DNA of 64,000 nucleotides from an uncultured Clostridia bacterium. GTDB taxonomy: Bacteria > Bacillota > Clostridia > Christensenellales > UBA1242. Under the pieces are notes generated by a model. That model made no database searches. It saw only the letters and a program-made list of their open reading frames with translations, and had not been told where the DNA came from. The translations under genes were made by a program, and so were the position numbers. The DNA lies in contig CAKVLP010000001.1 in NCBI GenBank assembly GCA_934757825.1, positions 366,869 through 430,868 of the forward strand, read 5' to 3'. Shown in pieces: positions 54,401 to 64,000 of this stretch (position 1 is its first letter; each line of letters opens with the position of its first letter).

Positions 54401-57400
54401 TCGCTGTAAGCACTACGCTTAAGTTTAGAGACGGATACTATATTAAGCCAACAGAACAAAAAATTGGAACTAATACTACGCTAGGAATTGAAATCCCTGA
54501 TATGGGCTTTAGTTATGCGGGTATTGTTAGAGACGCGATGGGTTATCGTTTTGCCGATAATAAGGAAGCCGTATACGCTTACGATAGCGCTGAAGAGGCA
54601 AAGTATTCCTATAATGGACAACGTATTAGAATAGACTCACTTGGCAGAAGAATCAATTTCGATAAAAACGGTAACCGTATCTATACGCTACAATGGACTT
54701 TAGGTAGCAACAATATGGAAGTCACTTTGGGGGATAGAAACACCGAAGATGGTACATATTGGTATACGCGAAAGGCCGAAGGTCAAAACCTTAACTCTAT
54801 TGCTGTTTTGTTACGACCAATTTATACTGTTACACTTACAAATAAACTAGAAACACTTGTGTTTGAATTTAAGGAATGGAATGCTGATGAATCTTGTTAT
54901 GAGGGAAGCGAGATAAATGACAGTACTAAAACCGCTAAACTAAAAGTTCAAAAAAATGACAGTATAACTATTTCTTATGGAAGCTTTTCGGGAACAGTGT
55001 TGGTGGACAATTCAAAGAGCCCTACAAAACAAGTTATTACAGGGTATACAGTAAGTGCAACATCTTTGTATGAAATTTACTACACGGAAAGGGACGGCTC
55101 GCAAGATATTACTCAGCCTAAATATGGGGATGATATGACTGGGTGGGATTATCTTGTTGATAACGCTAATCCGGAAGCGGGTCAGGTATTATTGACCCCA
55201 ACAGATGCTAGTTCGGAAGATTATGGATTTAGAGGATCGCTAACAGTTGGCGATAACACCGCAGATTTCACAATGACAATTGCCAACAAGAACACGCGTT
55301 ATTACAATCCTTGGGTTCAGTATGTTGTAAATACGAAATTAAATCTCGTAGCTGGTATTGGCTCTTCAGATGGTATTAAAATATTCCGAGCATTTACCGA
55401 AGCGGGTACAGGTGATAAGTCCACAGTACTTAAATTGAGTGATGGAACAACTTTCACCGGTAAAACTAATCAATATTTGCAGTTTACAAATGGCTTTGCT
55501 AATACATCCAAATGGTTTGGAAATAAAGTATGGTTTGTAGAGAAAAAAGACGGGACAATAGTGCAATTGACAAGTTTGTATGGTGATATGCCAGCATATA
55601 ACAATCGAGTTATGGTAATGGAAAGTGATACAGGCTTGGGGAAAGTTGAATACGTTGATGAAAACGGAAATACTAGTTGGTTAACATGCTTTTCAATTGA
55701 TGCTATTGATATGGCAATTTCATATAATTTGGATACCAATGTAATTTACTTTGATTATGTGTTTGATCATGTATTGAGTAATATGGTACTTAATTTCAAA
55801 AACATTGCTAAATATGACTACACTATTGAGTTTAATACAAGGCTTAGTAGGGATAGTGGTAAGCTTAATCCTTATGTGGTTAATAGTTTGATTGCGCACT
55901 ATGGTGAGCAGGGTATGTATATCAATACCGCAGGAGTGTATAGTTTATTTAATCAAACTGATGCGCTAGCATTAAATAACAATCTTAAAACATATATAAA
56001 TGCTTCCGTTAACCAAGTGGTTAATGGTAGGCTTACAAAAGAATATGTAATGATATTCGTTCCTTTCACAATTGGAACTACAGATTATTATTTGTGCCAA
56101 GGTGGTCCTGATTGGACTGCAGAGAAGCTTGATTCGCAAATGCAATACAAAGGTATCGATTACGATGTAATCAAATTAACAAGAGGAAGTGACCTAACGG
56201 TTAACTACATACTGGTTGATCCTAATAAGGCACAGATAGATCAAGGCACTTCTAAATTGAAGTATAAAGAAGGTGTGTTAAACTTCATTAGTACTGCCAA
56301 AGAAATGATTGGTTTTGAACTTGCTGATTATGGTAATAAGAGACGTTGTATTACCAAAGACGGAAATCCAATACAGGCGACTCACATACTTTTGGGTGGA
56401 GACAGATATTATTACACCATTGAGCAACTTATGGGTGCAACATTTGTATTTGAAGGAAACAACACAAAACTAGAATTCACAGCACTTTATGATACTTGTG
56501 GTATAAACGTTTCTGTTAATTATTGGACCGCTAGTGATGGTGAGCGTGATCTTATTGTGGATTATTTGGGCAATCATACAACTGAGGAAGTTAATTTCAA
56601 AACCGAAACCGAAAACGAATTGAAATATTATTATTTAAAAAACCAGACACTTGGTACAAATGAATATGTAAACTTAAAATATGGCGATATAATCAATAAT
56701 GATTATATGAAAAGCAATGGTGCATTTGAAGAATGGCTTAACGGTAAAGTGGAAGGATATGCTACGCTTAAAGGATACTATTATTCAGTTGATGATGTTA
56801 CATCTATACTAACCGACTCGATCAGCAACGATGGCAATTATACAATTACGAATAACAGATATCAAGAGTTCACTATCAATGGTAAAACCATGTATGTTTA
56901 CGATGGAGATTTTTCTCGACTTATACTTGAACGAGTATTTGATGAAGATGGAGTAACTCCTATTGGAGTGATTGGATATCGAAGATTCGATAATGGTTCT
57001 ACTGCCTATAAGAGCAGTAACGTCCAACTTATTACATTCTTTGAAGTAAACAATTATACAGCAACAGTTGATTTGGGTGACAACACAGACAAAGTTTCGG
57101 TAGATGAATCTAGAAAAACATATTATTCTGGTAATGTTATCGCAGAACCTTTGGAATTCACATTCACTTTAGAACCTGCTTATAGTCAGATAAACCTAAC
57201 AAAAGAAGACTTCACAATTACACGTGGTAGTGAGACAATTACTGACTTCTATGAAGTAACTCCAAGTGGAAACGACGTATTCACCCTAACAATTAAAGCT
57301 GGGGTATTGACCGACAATATTACAATTACACTATCAAAAACACTAGATGTAAATAAGTATACTATAAGGTATACTAACCCTACTACTTCTGAGGCAAAAC

Positions 57401-60400
57401 CTAAAAATAACGATGGGACAGCGTACGATGTTGGTGTTTTCAGTGGATTTGGTGCAACAAATGCTAACGAAGTTGATTATAATGACAAGGTTAAATTCTC
57501 ATTCACTCAAAGCTCCGCTATTCAACTAAACGCAGTAGAACTTAGCATTTACGTTGAGGGAGAAAACAAGACATATCCATTTGCTCTTAAAAATGACAGT
57601 GTAAAAGAACTTGATAATAAGGTGACGACTGTTAGTGCAACTCTAAGTGGAACAACCTATACTATTAAGATTACAGGTGTAGTAGATAATATCGTTGTTT
57701 CAGTAGCACAATATGACGACGGAAAATACAAAGCACCATTAAAAAATTACACGCTTAATGTTGCTAATGATAGCAAGGTTATCGAGAACACAGCCGTTGA
57801 GAAGGATAACCTAGCGAGAATTGTTGCAGAGACCACGGCAGATAAGGGCGCTGCGAACCTATATGGTGACTTTATTACTCTTACTACAACTTTGACAGCA
57901 GGTTATACAAGCAACATTCCTGTGTTCTATATCAACAACACTCCAATATTCCCAGCATGGATTACTGGCGAGGGTACACTTGGAAATGACATTACAGTTA
58001 TAAGTGAAAGCGGAGGTTATACTTACACTCCTAGTGCTGGTGGCACAATTAGAATAAGACCTGTTAGTGGTCAAACTGGTGTTTATACAGTAGAAATAGA
58101 TGGTGCTGGCAATGATTTTGCTACATTTACAGTTTCGGGCAGAACATTCACATTGAAGTTCCCAGCTCAATTCTGTGAAGCGCCACTTACTCGCAACATA
58201 AACGTTCAAGTTAAAGTATTTGAAAAAACTTTAACCACACAAAATGTTATTGATTCGTGCGAACAGACCTTTGCAGATGCAATGGACCCAGCAAATGCTC
58301 ACGGCAACAAATTTACTTATAGTACTGCCACTAGTACTGCCACTATCGGTACTTTGGCTAATGGAAACATAAACAAAGTAGCTTTGGAATATGGCAAAAC
58401 ATTAACTCTAAAATATGTTCCTGATTCAAAATATACCCATACACTTCCTGTATTGAAAGTGGACGGAGTGCCATATTACATTCCTGGTTTGGGTGTAGAA
58501 TATTCTGACTTGGGATTTAAGAATGGCGCATATATTTACGATTATAATGGAACATCCTACAAAGTAGTAGTTGATCTTAATAATTTAACATTTACTTATA
58601 CACAAGAAGTAGATGGTCATACTGTAACAATATTAAAAATCACTATGGATACAAACTATGTGTTTGGTGGAATAAGTGTTTCTGCTGATGACGTAGTAAG
58701 CAAAATATCTCTTGCCAACAGATTAAGCGCAGGCATAACATATACAATTGAGTTGCTTGTAACTGGCAACAAGACTATTGGAAATGATGTTACTTACATC
58801 GAAAATGAATATCTTGTAATATTTGCAAAACGAATTAAACTTGATGAAAACAAATATGATACTAAAGGTACAATGAAATTAGGTGAGGAGCCATATACCC
58901 AGACCGTAGTGCATGGTGGTGTTGCTGTTAACCCATTCGGGGCAGACTCTACATTAACTAACGATCAAAAAGCATTGTTGGGTATCGAAGACGGATACTC
59001 TTACTCGGAAGATTTTAACAAAAATAATGCAGCGTGGGCAGTATATAACTTTAATGAACTTAAATATGATGAAAACTATAATATGTCGACACCAGTTACA
59101 GAAAACTTAGTTTTGGCTGCGACATTTATAGAAAATCAATATAATGTTAAATTTACAAAAATTGATGAATGCTTTGGATACATAACCTCCAACTTGGTGG
59201 CTAATGGAACTATTGGTGAAGATAGTAAAGTGTTTACCTCAGGCGACACCGAAACAGAAAAAACACGCGCTATCTCACATAGTGACATTAACAACAAATA
59301 TACATATACATTGAATGTTTTGGCTAAATACGACCAAACAAAACCAGTATTTAATTTCACTTATGATAATATTGGCGCCCTTCCTCTATTTGACTCGCTA
59401 TCAGTGGATAGTACATATGAGTACAACGGCAATACATATCGTTATCAAGACAGGGGAGACGGCAAAATACTTGTTAGAAAAAGTAATGAGGGTAATTACG
59501 AAAATAGCGACATATATGAATATTTGTACGGCAAACTAACCAATACCACAGATGGTCAAGTATTCACAGTTCTTCTAGGGTTCACTATGGAAGAGGCTGT
59601 AAAAGCAACATCAAATGCAGATCGTCAAAGTGGCGTAGGAAAAACTTACAAAATTTCGTTTAATAAAGTTCTTTCGACATTGAATACAACAACTATCCTA
59701 GCAAGCGATGGGGAATTTGAAATAAGCGTAAGTGGATTTGACGTTAACAATGTTAACAAATACACGGTTACTAGAAAGATAATGCTATTTAAAGATATTG
59801 TTGCTGTTCCTAGCGAATCAACCGAAGATGGCGCAGTAACAACAACTGTTCTAAACACAGCATTGAACAGCATTGGTGCAAATGGCTGGTTGGTTAAAGA
59901 CGAAGTTATGATTTACAATGGCGAGTACTACTTGCTAGAAGTAGACGAAAACGAAAACAATGTATGGTACTTCCTAACAACAACTCCACAAGCAGGCCAC
60001 AACTATGACCGCACAACTTACTATGTTGACTATGAAGGCAATACTAAGGAATATACTCATAACACAATAAGCGCCACAGTAACACTTGATAACTATCGTG
60101 GTTATAAATTTGATGGTTGGGGTACAACAACTGGATTAAATGACGCAAGTAAAGAATCTTATGCAGTTAATAAAGCATTGACATTATATGCTCATTACTC
60201 CGCAGTAATAACAAGAATCGTGTTGCCAAATAGAAGTAAAAAGGCAACAATCATAACAAAACATAACGAAGTAGCTGGCACCAACTATGCTAAGATTGCT
60301 AAGGCTGGCGAAGACGGCACAATAATAGGCGAAATTAGTTTTGTTGCAGAAGGCACCACAATTGGCGAGTCTGGAAACGATAGATATATCGACTTGGCAT

Positions 60401-63400
60401 ATGGTAGCATTGTAAAATTCACTGCAACAATTAACGCAGAATATAGTACTAGCGACAACGACTTTAACTTCTTGTTAGATGAAGATATTACAGTTGATGC
60501 TGGAAACAAAAATGAAAACTACGTTAAAAATATTGAGTCGGTACTTAATGGCTTTGTAGAAGGTGTTGGTAAAACAAGAACATACACAATCACACTTTCT
60601 TATGTTTACTTTAATTCAAATGCAACTCCTTCAACGACAACTCTTCAATGCGAATTGAATGATGTTAAACAAAACACATACAAGGTAAACTTGTATAAGC
60701 CTACGAAATTTGATTACGAGAGTGACGATGTAACATTTGGTTTGGTTACAGCAAACCCAGAAGACGAGACTTCGATTTCGGTAGTTCACGGAAGAAATTT
60801 AAGAGACACTACTGGTGGAGAGAAATTACTTAACGACGCAAATCCAACACTTGAAGGTTGGACACCTGCTGGCTGGTATATCAGCAATGAAAGCTTTAAT
60901 TCGGACGCAGTAAAAGCATTCTTTAAAGAAGGTGGCGATTTGAGCGCAACTGAATTTAATGTATACACAAAAGTTTACGAAGATACAAATGTTTATGCTA
61001 TATTTACAAAGAATACGTTTAGTGTAAATATTTACAATTTCTGTGTTGACACAAATGAATTTATTGACGCAAATCAATCTCTAATTGATGATGTTACAGC
61101 ACCTATTACTCTATCTGAAATTAAATACCACACAACTATTCCGTCTGATGATATTGGCGCAACATTAGAGGGTGGTAAATTTAGCGAAAGCACATTATAT
61201 TATGTTGCAACTAGCGCGTTTAACGATACACTTGATAAATTGAGAAATGGCGAAATTAAACTTGATAATCTAGACGAAAATAGCCCAATTAAAGTGTTTG
61301 AAATAGGCGTAACCCCTGTATTGGAAAACATAACAATTCTAAGAGGTTACACTAGAAATAAATTTACAGTTAAGTTTATTCAAGACGGCGAAGTAGTTGA
61401 AAATTCTACTATTGAAGTATTCTATGGAAGCAAGCTTACTGCTGACCAGATTCCAGAATGCACAAATATTCCATACGGATATTATTTTAATGCATGGATC
61501 AATACAGACGGAAAATCCGGTGAATTAACAGAAAACACTATTATTACCGACAACACTTCGTTTGAAGTTAATGCTTCTGGTTTTGTTGGGTTTAAAGCAA
61601 ATGAGTATGCCTTTAAGTTTACAATTCTTTCTGAAACTGGTGAAGTTGTTGAGAGAGGATATTCGGTTGGTGGAAATACAAATGTTTCATTTGACAATGG
61701 TGTACTTAAAGTACCATACGTACAAGGTAGCGATTCTAAATTGTTAACAGTTATATTCCAACCTAAGACTGGTTATGCAACCGAAGACGCAAATCTTCTT
61801 ATCATAACAGTTAAATACAATGGAAAAGAAATTGAACTTCCATTTGTACCAGAAAAGAGAGGAAATGCTTGGTATATTTCTCTTGGCAATAGCACTTTGA
61901 AAGGCCTAGACATCAATAATAAAACAATTAGTGAACCTGCTGAAATTGACAAAATTGTTGAAAGATTTAATGACGGCGACTTGTTTGAAGTAACTATCGG
62001 AGCAAAGAAAAATGTTTATTCTTCAATCGTTACAGAAACTACTACTTGGCAATATGGTGATTACACTTATACATTAGTTTCTGCCAATGATAGTAAAACC
62101 GGATACAGTTATTCATACATTTATGACGCAAATAGGACAAACAATGTTCCTTTGAAATTGACAGCAAAACCTACTGAGCACGGCGATGCTATGGAGGTTA
62201 TCGTAGAGGTAAGTTCTTTTTACAACTATACTTCGAAATTCTATATCAGCCTAACCGATGGCACAACAACTAAACAGTTTGTTGTTGATAACAGTAGTCT
62301 GAGTGAGAATCGGGTAGGCGATATATTGACGTATTCCTCTATTCTAACATTTGAAAATGTTACTAACAACCTAACACTTACAGTAGATACAAGCTCTACA
62401 AATATTACTAACAACGATTACGACATTACATTCCATATGGTATTCGGTGGTGGAGTAAACGGCTGGTTTGATAGAGAAATATTCTTCAAAGATAATACTT
62501 GGAGTCGAAATAGCAACGGCGCTGATAAAGTACAAGCAAAATATATTCCTAATTCGGAGAATTCACGTAAAATTGAAGGCTTCGAAAAATATAGAATACC
62601 AAATGCAAAAGCATTCTATCCTAGCGCTACTGACGAATGGTGTGAACCTGCTACTGAGATAGCAAGTTGGTACAGATTAAAGAAAGCTTTAGATTCAAAT
62701 AAAGTTAACTTCGCTGATATCACAAAAGATAATTGGAGTGATTATTTCGAAGCAGTTAAATCAAGTGATACCTACGATCGCAACACAAAACTATATGCTA
62801 TATTCTTTGTAAATACTGTCAACGTTACAGTTGAGACTGAACAAGAGGCTTCCAAAGGCAAGTTTGTAGGCGCTAATGGAAAAGCGGATATGATTGATCC
62901 TAAGATCGAAGATATGGCTGGACGCGGATATACATTTAAGTATGTTGTTGCTACTGAATATTCGAATAATATTCCTGTAATTACGATTGGCGGTAACGAC
63001 ATTGTGATTTTGCCGTATTCTGTATTTAGCAATATGGAAGTAGGCAAGGGCGTTGAAGTTAAGAAGAGTGAGAGTGTGGTTTACACTGTTACAAGAACGG
63101 CCGAGGGATACAATTACAGCACTAATGGTGGAAGCACATATACAGTTAAGTATAGTGACGGCAGATATGTGTTTAGTTCGCTTAATGTTGTTGTTATTCC
63201 TAACGGAGCAGAGTACACCATTACTCTAAACAGCATTAGCGGAGCCTTCTCGTTAAGTTCCAACCAGAGTATGTTTACTATCAACAGATACAAAGTTACA
63301 TACGTATTACCTGATGGAACTAAGCAGGTAGAAGAAGTTGAATATGGAAAAACATTAGTAGATATTCCAAAAGTAAGTACAAACTTCTTCCAGAAACTTG

Positions 63401-63711
63401 TTTACAAAGTTAGATATGCTAATGGCAAAACTGAAATTGTAAATGCTAAGTCTGTTAAGAATATTGAATTTACATCTAATGCAACCATAGAGATTGAAGT
63501 TCAGATCAATGTTGTTATGGTTTCGCTTGTGGCTGCTGCTGGTCTTGCAGTAATTGTAACGATTGTAATTGTTGCAATCAACGCAAAGCGTAACAAGGCT
63601 TACAAGAAGAAAGCACAAAGCGAAAACGCTGAGGCTTTCGCTCAATTGAAACAAAAAGAACAGAAAAAATCTGACAAAGATCAAAATGGCGAAAACGGAC
63701 CTAAGATTTAA
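51418..63711 (+). CDS. giant (4097 aa) surface protein with signal peptide, DUF6273-like N-terminal module, Flg_new-type repeats and C-terminal TM anchor
   Basis: RBS GGGAGAAAAGGAAA. Signal peptide MTSGKKFLSFLLIALSSVLFIGSLNLKPRQTYA. YLEFGEYPQ...VEPIKWKVIARD...WASSYLRNWLN...FFNRAF resembles the DUF6273 module. Flg_new-like units lie at roughly nt 60060-62810 (FDGWGTTTG..LYAHYS, EGWTPAGWYIS..VYAIFT, YFNAWINTDG). TM helix VVMVSLVAAAGLAVIVTIVIVAI (63511-63579), then a Lys-rich tail. One uninterrupted 12,294-nt ORF. Confidence 0.85.
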   Translation: MTSGKKFLSFLLIALSSVLFIGSLNLKPRQTYAEGTETKISRSYSTSNIGVGDYLEFGEYPQTELKNFTFRGADFDFEESTGYYKAKYNIVKNGETILKEGEKIHILSIANNYSEKYPVYMANANGDKISGSSYVNGGTKGERNPRGYVNDVYSTGSKWYYQSYYHSTNEYNTSTNYYFKVEPIKWKVIARDRDNGTLTLASTIVLDAMDFNLFDSNGNMWASSYLRNWLNYGSEYSNSIYYYMSQAQGRKSVYRVYDDYWRAYFTEWHDWGAYGNGNTNCGSSRYQYRNSAANTDNYLPAGKGSRGSVKDNYKSTGSFFNRAFVGAGVADRLVATTTTSYGNAPGVGDYAVKYNDQNDVNKNGVKSQQVQDYVRLVTMDQKTYKAVSGYSDYAVANGFVANFDTTTQAKKTRKVVEGGKRGYIWTMNTDVSDTGHQYQIWSSQGSIHNVRSVVGIDFRDNNYGYTEYAEFTNTKYTVSTGIKEGSYTARNYGKAPAYAVNSMQQSYGVAPQITVSKEALGDYLLIRNARDNETIEVDDGLHDVATSEVGVTFYVGKFLAPYAPGVTLTKMEDNGSSYTVAGRLNGNDKGYIKYVICDNDDATRDYIQYHKKHPSDIRSYGYASLDSGGNFSFDVYRGSGKMYMFYLTEDLKYGHLIEDNGDAFTPRERQLILYTYNIDSALPLTPDSSKWTGVPYSFLSNVSYTHNLGDPNTGASGTTGKWFRTKEDAENYLRTGNPANALTNYNITIPASTSTEPVCYYKVVAANPFNVSMAAISNYDGSYYIKTSDGNVIYPSGDNSMLFKGNTSRDLMFTIVIKYSHLYKDGANNNGYFYDTVKNEFKDLHYIITRHTNTSGDATTKNMIKIDFGADPTIDTDDTTKKIYSPNDGFIDASEVGDNVFKASPVTIKFNQNSTDSIVKEVEYQIIIPQVCCNEGYDFQLKKQSQNKNLSKYTIKFDTSDARNGDNSDKVYFDTKATINGNAKDQTISGISHDVAVSTTLKFRDGYYIKPTEQKIGTNTTLGIEIPDMGFSYAGIVRDAMGYRFADNKEAVYAYDSAEEAKYSYNGQRIRIDSLGRRINFDKNGNRIYTLQWTLGSNNMEVTLGDRNTEDGTYWYTRKAEGQNLNSIAVLLRPIYTVTLTNKLETLVFEFKEWNADESCYEGSEINDSTKTAKLKVQKNDSITISYGSFSGTVLVDNSKSPTKQVITGYTVSATSLYEIYYTERDGSQDITQPKYGDDMTGWDYLVDNANPEAGQVLLTPTDASSEDYGFRGSLTVGDNTADFTMTIANKNTRYYNPWVQYVVNTKLNLVAGIGSSDGIKIFRAFTEAGTGDKSTVLKLSDGTTFTGKTNQYLQFTNGFANTSKWFGNKVWFVEKKDGTIVQLTSLYGDMPAYNNRVMVMESDTGLGKVEYVDENGNTSWLTCFSIDAIDMAISYNLDTNVIYFDYVFDHVLSNMVLNFKNIAKYDYTIEFNTRLSRDSGKLNPYVVNSLIAHYGEQGMYINTAGVYSLFNQTDALALNNNLKTYINASVNQVVNGRLTKEYVMIFVPFTIGTTDYYLCQGGPDWTAEKLDSQMQYKGIDYDVIKLTRGSDLTVNYILVDPNKAQIDQGTSKLKYKEGVLNFISTAKEMIGFELADYGNKRRCITKDGNPIQATHILLGGDRYYYTIEQLMGATFVFEGNNTKLEFTALYDTCGINVSVNYWTASDGERDLIVDYLGNHTTEEVNFKTETENELKYYYLKNQTLGTNEYVNLKYGDIINNDYMKSNGAFEEWLNGKVEGYATLKGYYYSVDDVTSILTDSISNDGNYTITNNRYQEFTINGKTMYVYDGDFSRLILERVFDEDGVTPIGVIGYRRFDNGSTAYKSSNVQLITFFEVNNYTATVDLGDNTDKVSVDESRKTYYSGNVIAEPLEFTFTLEPAYSQINLTKEDFTITRGSETITDFYEVTPSGNDVFTLTIKAGVLTDNITITLSKTLDVNKYTIRYTNPTTSEAKPKNNDGTAYDVGVFSGFGATNANEVDYNDKVKFSFTQSSAIQLNAVELSIYVEGENKTYPFALKNDSVKELDNKVTTVSATLSGTTYTIKITGVVDNIVVSVAQYDDGKYKAPLKNYTLNVANDSKVIENTAVEKDNLARIVAETTADKGAANLYGDFITLTTTLTAGYTSNIPVFYINNTPIFPAWITGEGTLGNDITVISESGGYTYTPSAGGTIRIRPVSGQTGVYTVEIDGAGNDFATFTVSGRTFTLKFPAQFCEAPLTRNINVQVKVFEKTLTTQNVIDSCEQTFADAMDPANAHGNKFTYSTATSTATIGTLANGNINKVALEYGKTLTLKYVPDSKYTHTLPVLKVDGVPYYIPGLGVEYSDLGFKNGAYIYDYNGTSYKVVVDLNNLTFTYTQEVDGHTVTILKITMDTNYVFGGISVSADDVVSKISLANRLSAGITYTIELLVTGNKTIGNDVTYIENEYLVIFAKRIKLDENKYDTKGTMKLGEEPYTQTVVHGGVAVNPFGADSTLTNDQKALLGIEDGYSYSEDFNKNNAAWAVYNFNELKYDENYNMSTPVTENLVLAATFIENQYNVKFTKIDECFGYITSNLVANGTIGEDSKVFTSGDTETEKTRAISHSDINNKYTYTLNVLAKYDQTKPVFNFTYDNIGALPLFDSLSVDSTYEYNGNTYRYQDRGDGKILVRKSNEGNYENSDIYEYLYGKLTNTTDGQVFTVLLGFTMEEAVKATSNADRQSGVGKTYKISFNKVLSTLNTTTILASDGEFEISVSGFDVNNVNKYTVTRKIMLFKDIVAVPSESTEDGAVTTTVLNTALNSIGANGWLVKDEVMIYNGEYYLLEVDENENNVWYFLTTTPQAGHNYDRTTYYVDYEGNTKEYTHNTISATVTLDNYRGYKFDGWGTTTGLNDASKESYAVNKALTLYAHYSAVITRIVLPNRSKKATIITKHNEVAGTNYAKIAKAGEDGTIIGEISFVAEGTTIGESGNDRYIDLAYGSIVKFTATINAEYSTSDNDFNFLLDEDITVDAGNKNENYVKNIESVLNGFVEGVGKTRTYTITLSYVYFNSNATPSTTTLQCELNDVKQNTYKVNLYKPTKFDYESDDVTFGLVTANPEDETSISVVHGRNLRDTTGGEKLLNDANPTLEGWTPAGWYISNESFNSDAVKAFFKEGGDLSATEFNVYTKVYEDTNVYAIFTKNTFSVNIYNFCVDTNEFIDANQSLIDDVTAPITLSEIKYHTTIPSDDIGATLEGGKFSESTLYYVATSAFNDTLDKLRNGEIKLDNLDENSPIKVFEIGVTPVLENITILRGYTRNKFTVKFIQDGEVVENSTIEVFYGSKLTADQIPECTNIPYGYYFNAWINTDGKSGELTENTIITDNTSFEVNASGFVGFKANEYAFKFTILSETGEVVERGYSVGGNTNVSFDNGVLKVPYVQGSDSKLLTVIFQPKTGYATEDANLLIITVKYNGKEIELPFVPEKRGNAWYISLGNSTLKGLDINNKTISEPAEIDKIVERFNDGDLFEVTIGAKKNVYSSIVTETTTWQYGDYTYTLVSANDSKTGYSYSYIYDANRTNNVPLKLTAKPTEHGDAMEVIVEVSSFYNYTSKFYISLTDGTTTKQFVVDNSSLSENRVGDILTYSSILTFENVTNNLTLTVDTSSTNITNNDYDITFHMVFGGGVNGWFDREIFFKDNTWSRNSNGADKVQAKYIPNSENSRKIEGFEKYRIPNAKAFYPSATDEWCEPATEIASWYRLKKALDSNKVNFADITKDNWSDYFEAVKSSDTYDRNTKLYAIFFVNTVNVTVETEQEASKGKFVGANGKADMIDPKIEDMAGRGYTFKYVVATEYSNNIPVITIGGNDIVILPYSVFSNMEVGKGVEVKKSESVVYTVTRTAEGYNYSTNGGSTYTVKYSDGRYVFSSLNVVVIPNGAEYTITLNSISGAFSLSSNQSMFTINRYKVTYVLPDGTKQVEEVEYGKTLVDIPKVSTNFFQKLVYKVRYANGKTEIVNAKSVKNIEFTSNATIEIEVQINVVMVSLVAAAGLAVIVTIVIVAINAKRNKAYKKKAQSENAEAFAQLKQKEQKKSDKDQNGENGPKI

Positions 63712-63712
63712 T

Positions 63713-63749
63713 AAAAAAAAGAGTATGAATTTTCATACTCTTTTTTTTA
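63713..63749. terminator. bidirectional intrinsic terminator
   Basis: A-run, AGAGTATGA-attt-TCATACTCT, 8 T. Lies between the giant gene and the convergent XRE gene. Confidence 0.75.
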
Positions 63750-63758
63750 TGTACTTTA

Positions 63759-63998
63759 TTAGCCAGCGATCAACAATGGATTATTAACAATGTCATCAAA
63801 AAACTCTGAAACGGATATATTTAGGACCTTACAAAGTTTTATGATTGTGTTAAGCGTCGCCTTTTTCTCGTCGTTATTAACGATACTTTTTATCGTTTTT
63901 GCCGAGACTTTACTAAGTTTGCTAAGCGCCATAATGTCCAATCCTTGTTCTGCCATCAATTGGTTTATTTTAATTGAAATAGCTGTTTTTACATCCAT
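63759..63998 (-). CDS. XRE-family (Cro/CI-type) helix-turn-helix transcriptional regulator
   Basis: INQLMAEQGLDIMALSKLSKVSAKTIKSIVNN HTH and LCKVLNISVSEFF tail. The ATG at 63998 is 2 nt from the window edge, so the true start could lie beyond it. Confidence 0.65.
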   Translation of the reverse strand: MDVKTAISIKINQLMAEQGLDIMALSKLSKVSAKTIKSIVNNDEKKATLNTIIKLCKVLNISVSEFFDDIVNNPLLIAG

Positions 63999-64000
63999 TT

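Noticed and set aside
1-64000. Alternative genetic code (TGA=Trp, Mycoplasma-type), considered because of the Mollicutes-like surface-protein style.
   Set aside because: TGA terminates well-supported genes with coupled downstream starts (556-558, 39392-39394, 37948-37950). Trp is encoded by TGG throughout, so the standard code fits.

Overview
AT-rich chromosomal segment from a low-GC Firmicutes/Mollicutes-related bacterium. It uses the standard genetic code: TGA serves as a stop at 558, 37950 and 39394. I can support about 50 protein genes, one tRNA-Ser(GCU), one glycine T-box leader and many hairpin plus T-run terminators. I saw no rRNA, CRISPR array, transposase, integrase or phage structural genes. 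The housekeeping backbone is pepF, a MazG-like/PanE-like/YqeY operon, nrdD-trxB-like-nrdG, queH, uppP, ychF, mnmA, glyQS and an ArsR/CadC-type regulator with a CadA-type P-type ATPase. Accessory surface genes are scattered through it: a 2081-aa N-terminally anchored protein, a 1222-aa lipoprotein and a 4097-aa protein whose single ORF is 12.3 kb. There is also an LRR protein and a collagen-like protein with a C1q/BclA-like head. None of these has an LPXTG sorting signal. The best candidate for an undescribed system is the class III ribonucleotide reductase operon. Its NrdD carries a C-terminally fused CPxC thioredoxin-fold domain behind a His/Cys-rich linker. The adjacent thioredoxin-reductase homologue has lost the HRRxxxR NADPH 2'-phosphate motif. 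Other points worth a second look: (1) two single genes each bracketed by near-identical direct copies of a terminator hairpin; (2) a cryptic repeat of about 175 aa, seven copies, in the 2081-aa protein; (3) a Cys/His-rich protein between ychF and mnmA; (4) a T-box leader separated from glyQS by about 300 nt of structured spacer; (5) a decayed amidinotransferase gene next to the tRNA. All family assignments come from motif recognition by eye, with no searches run.
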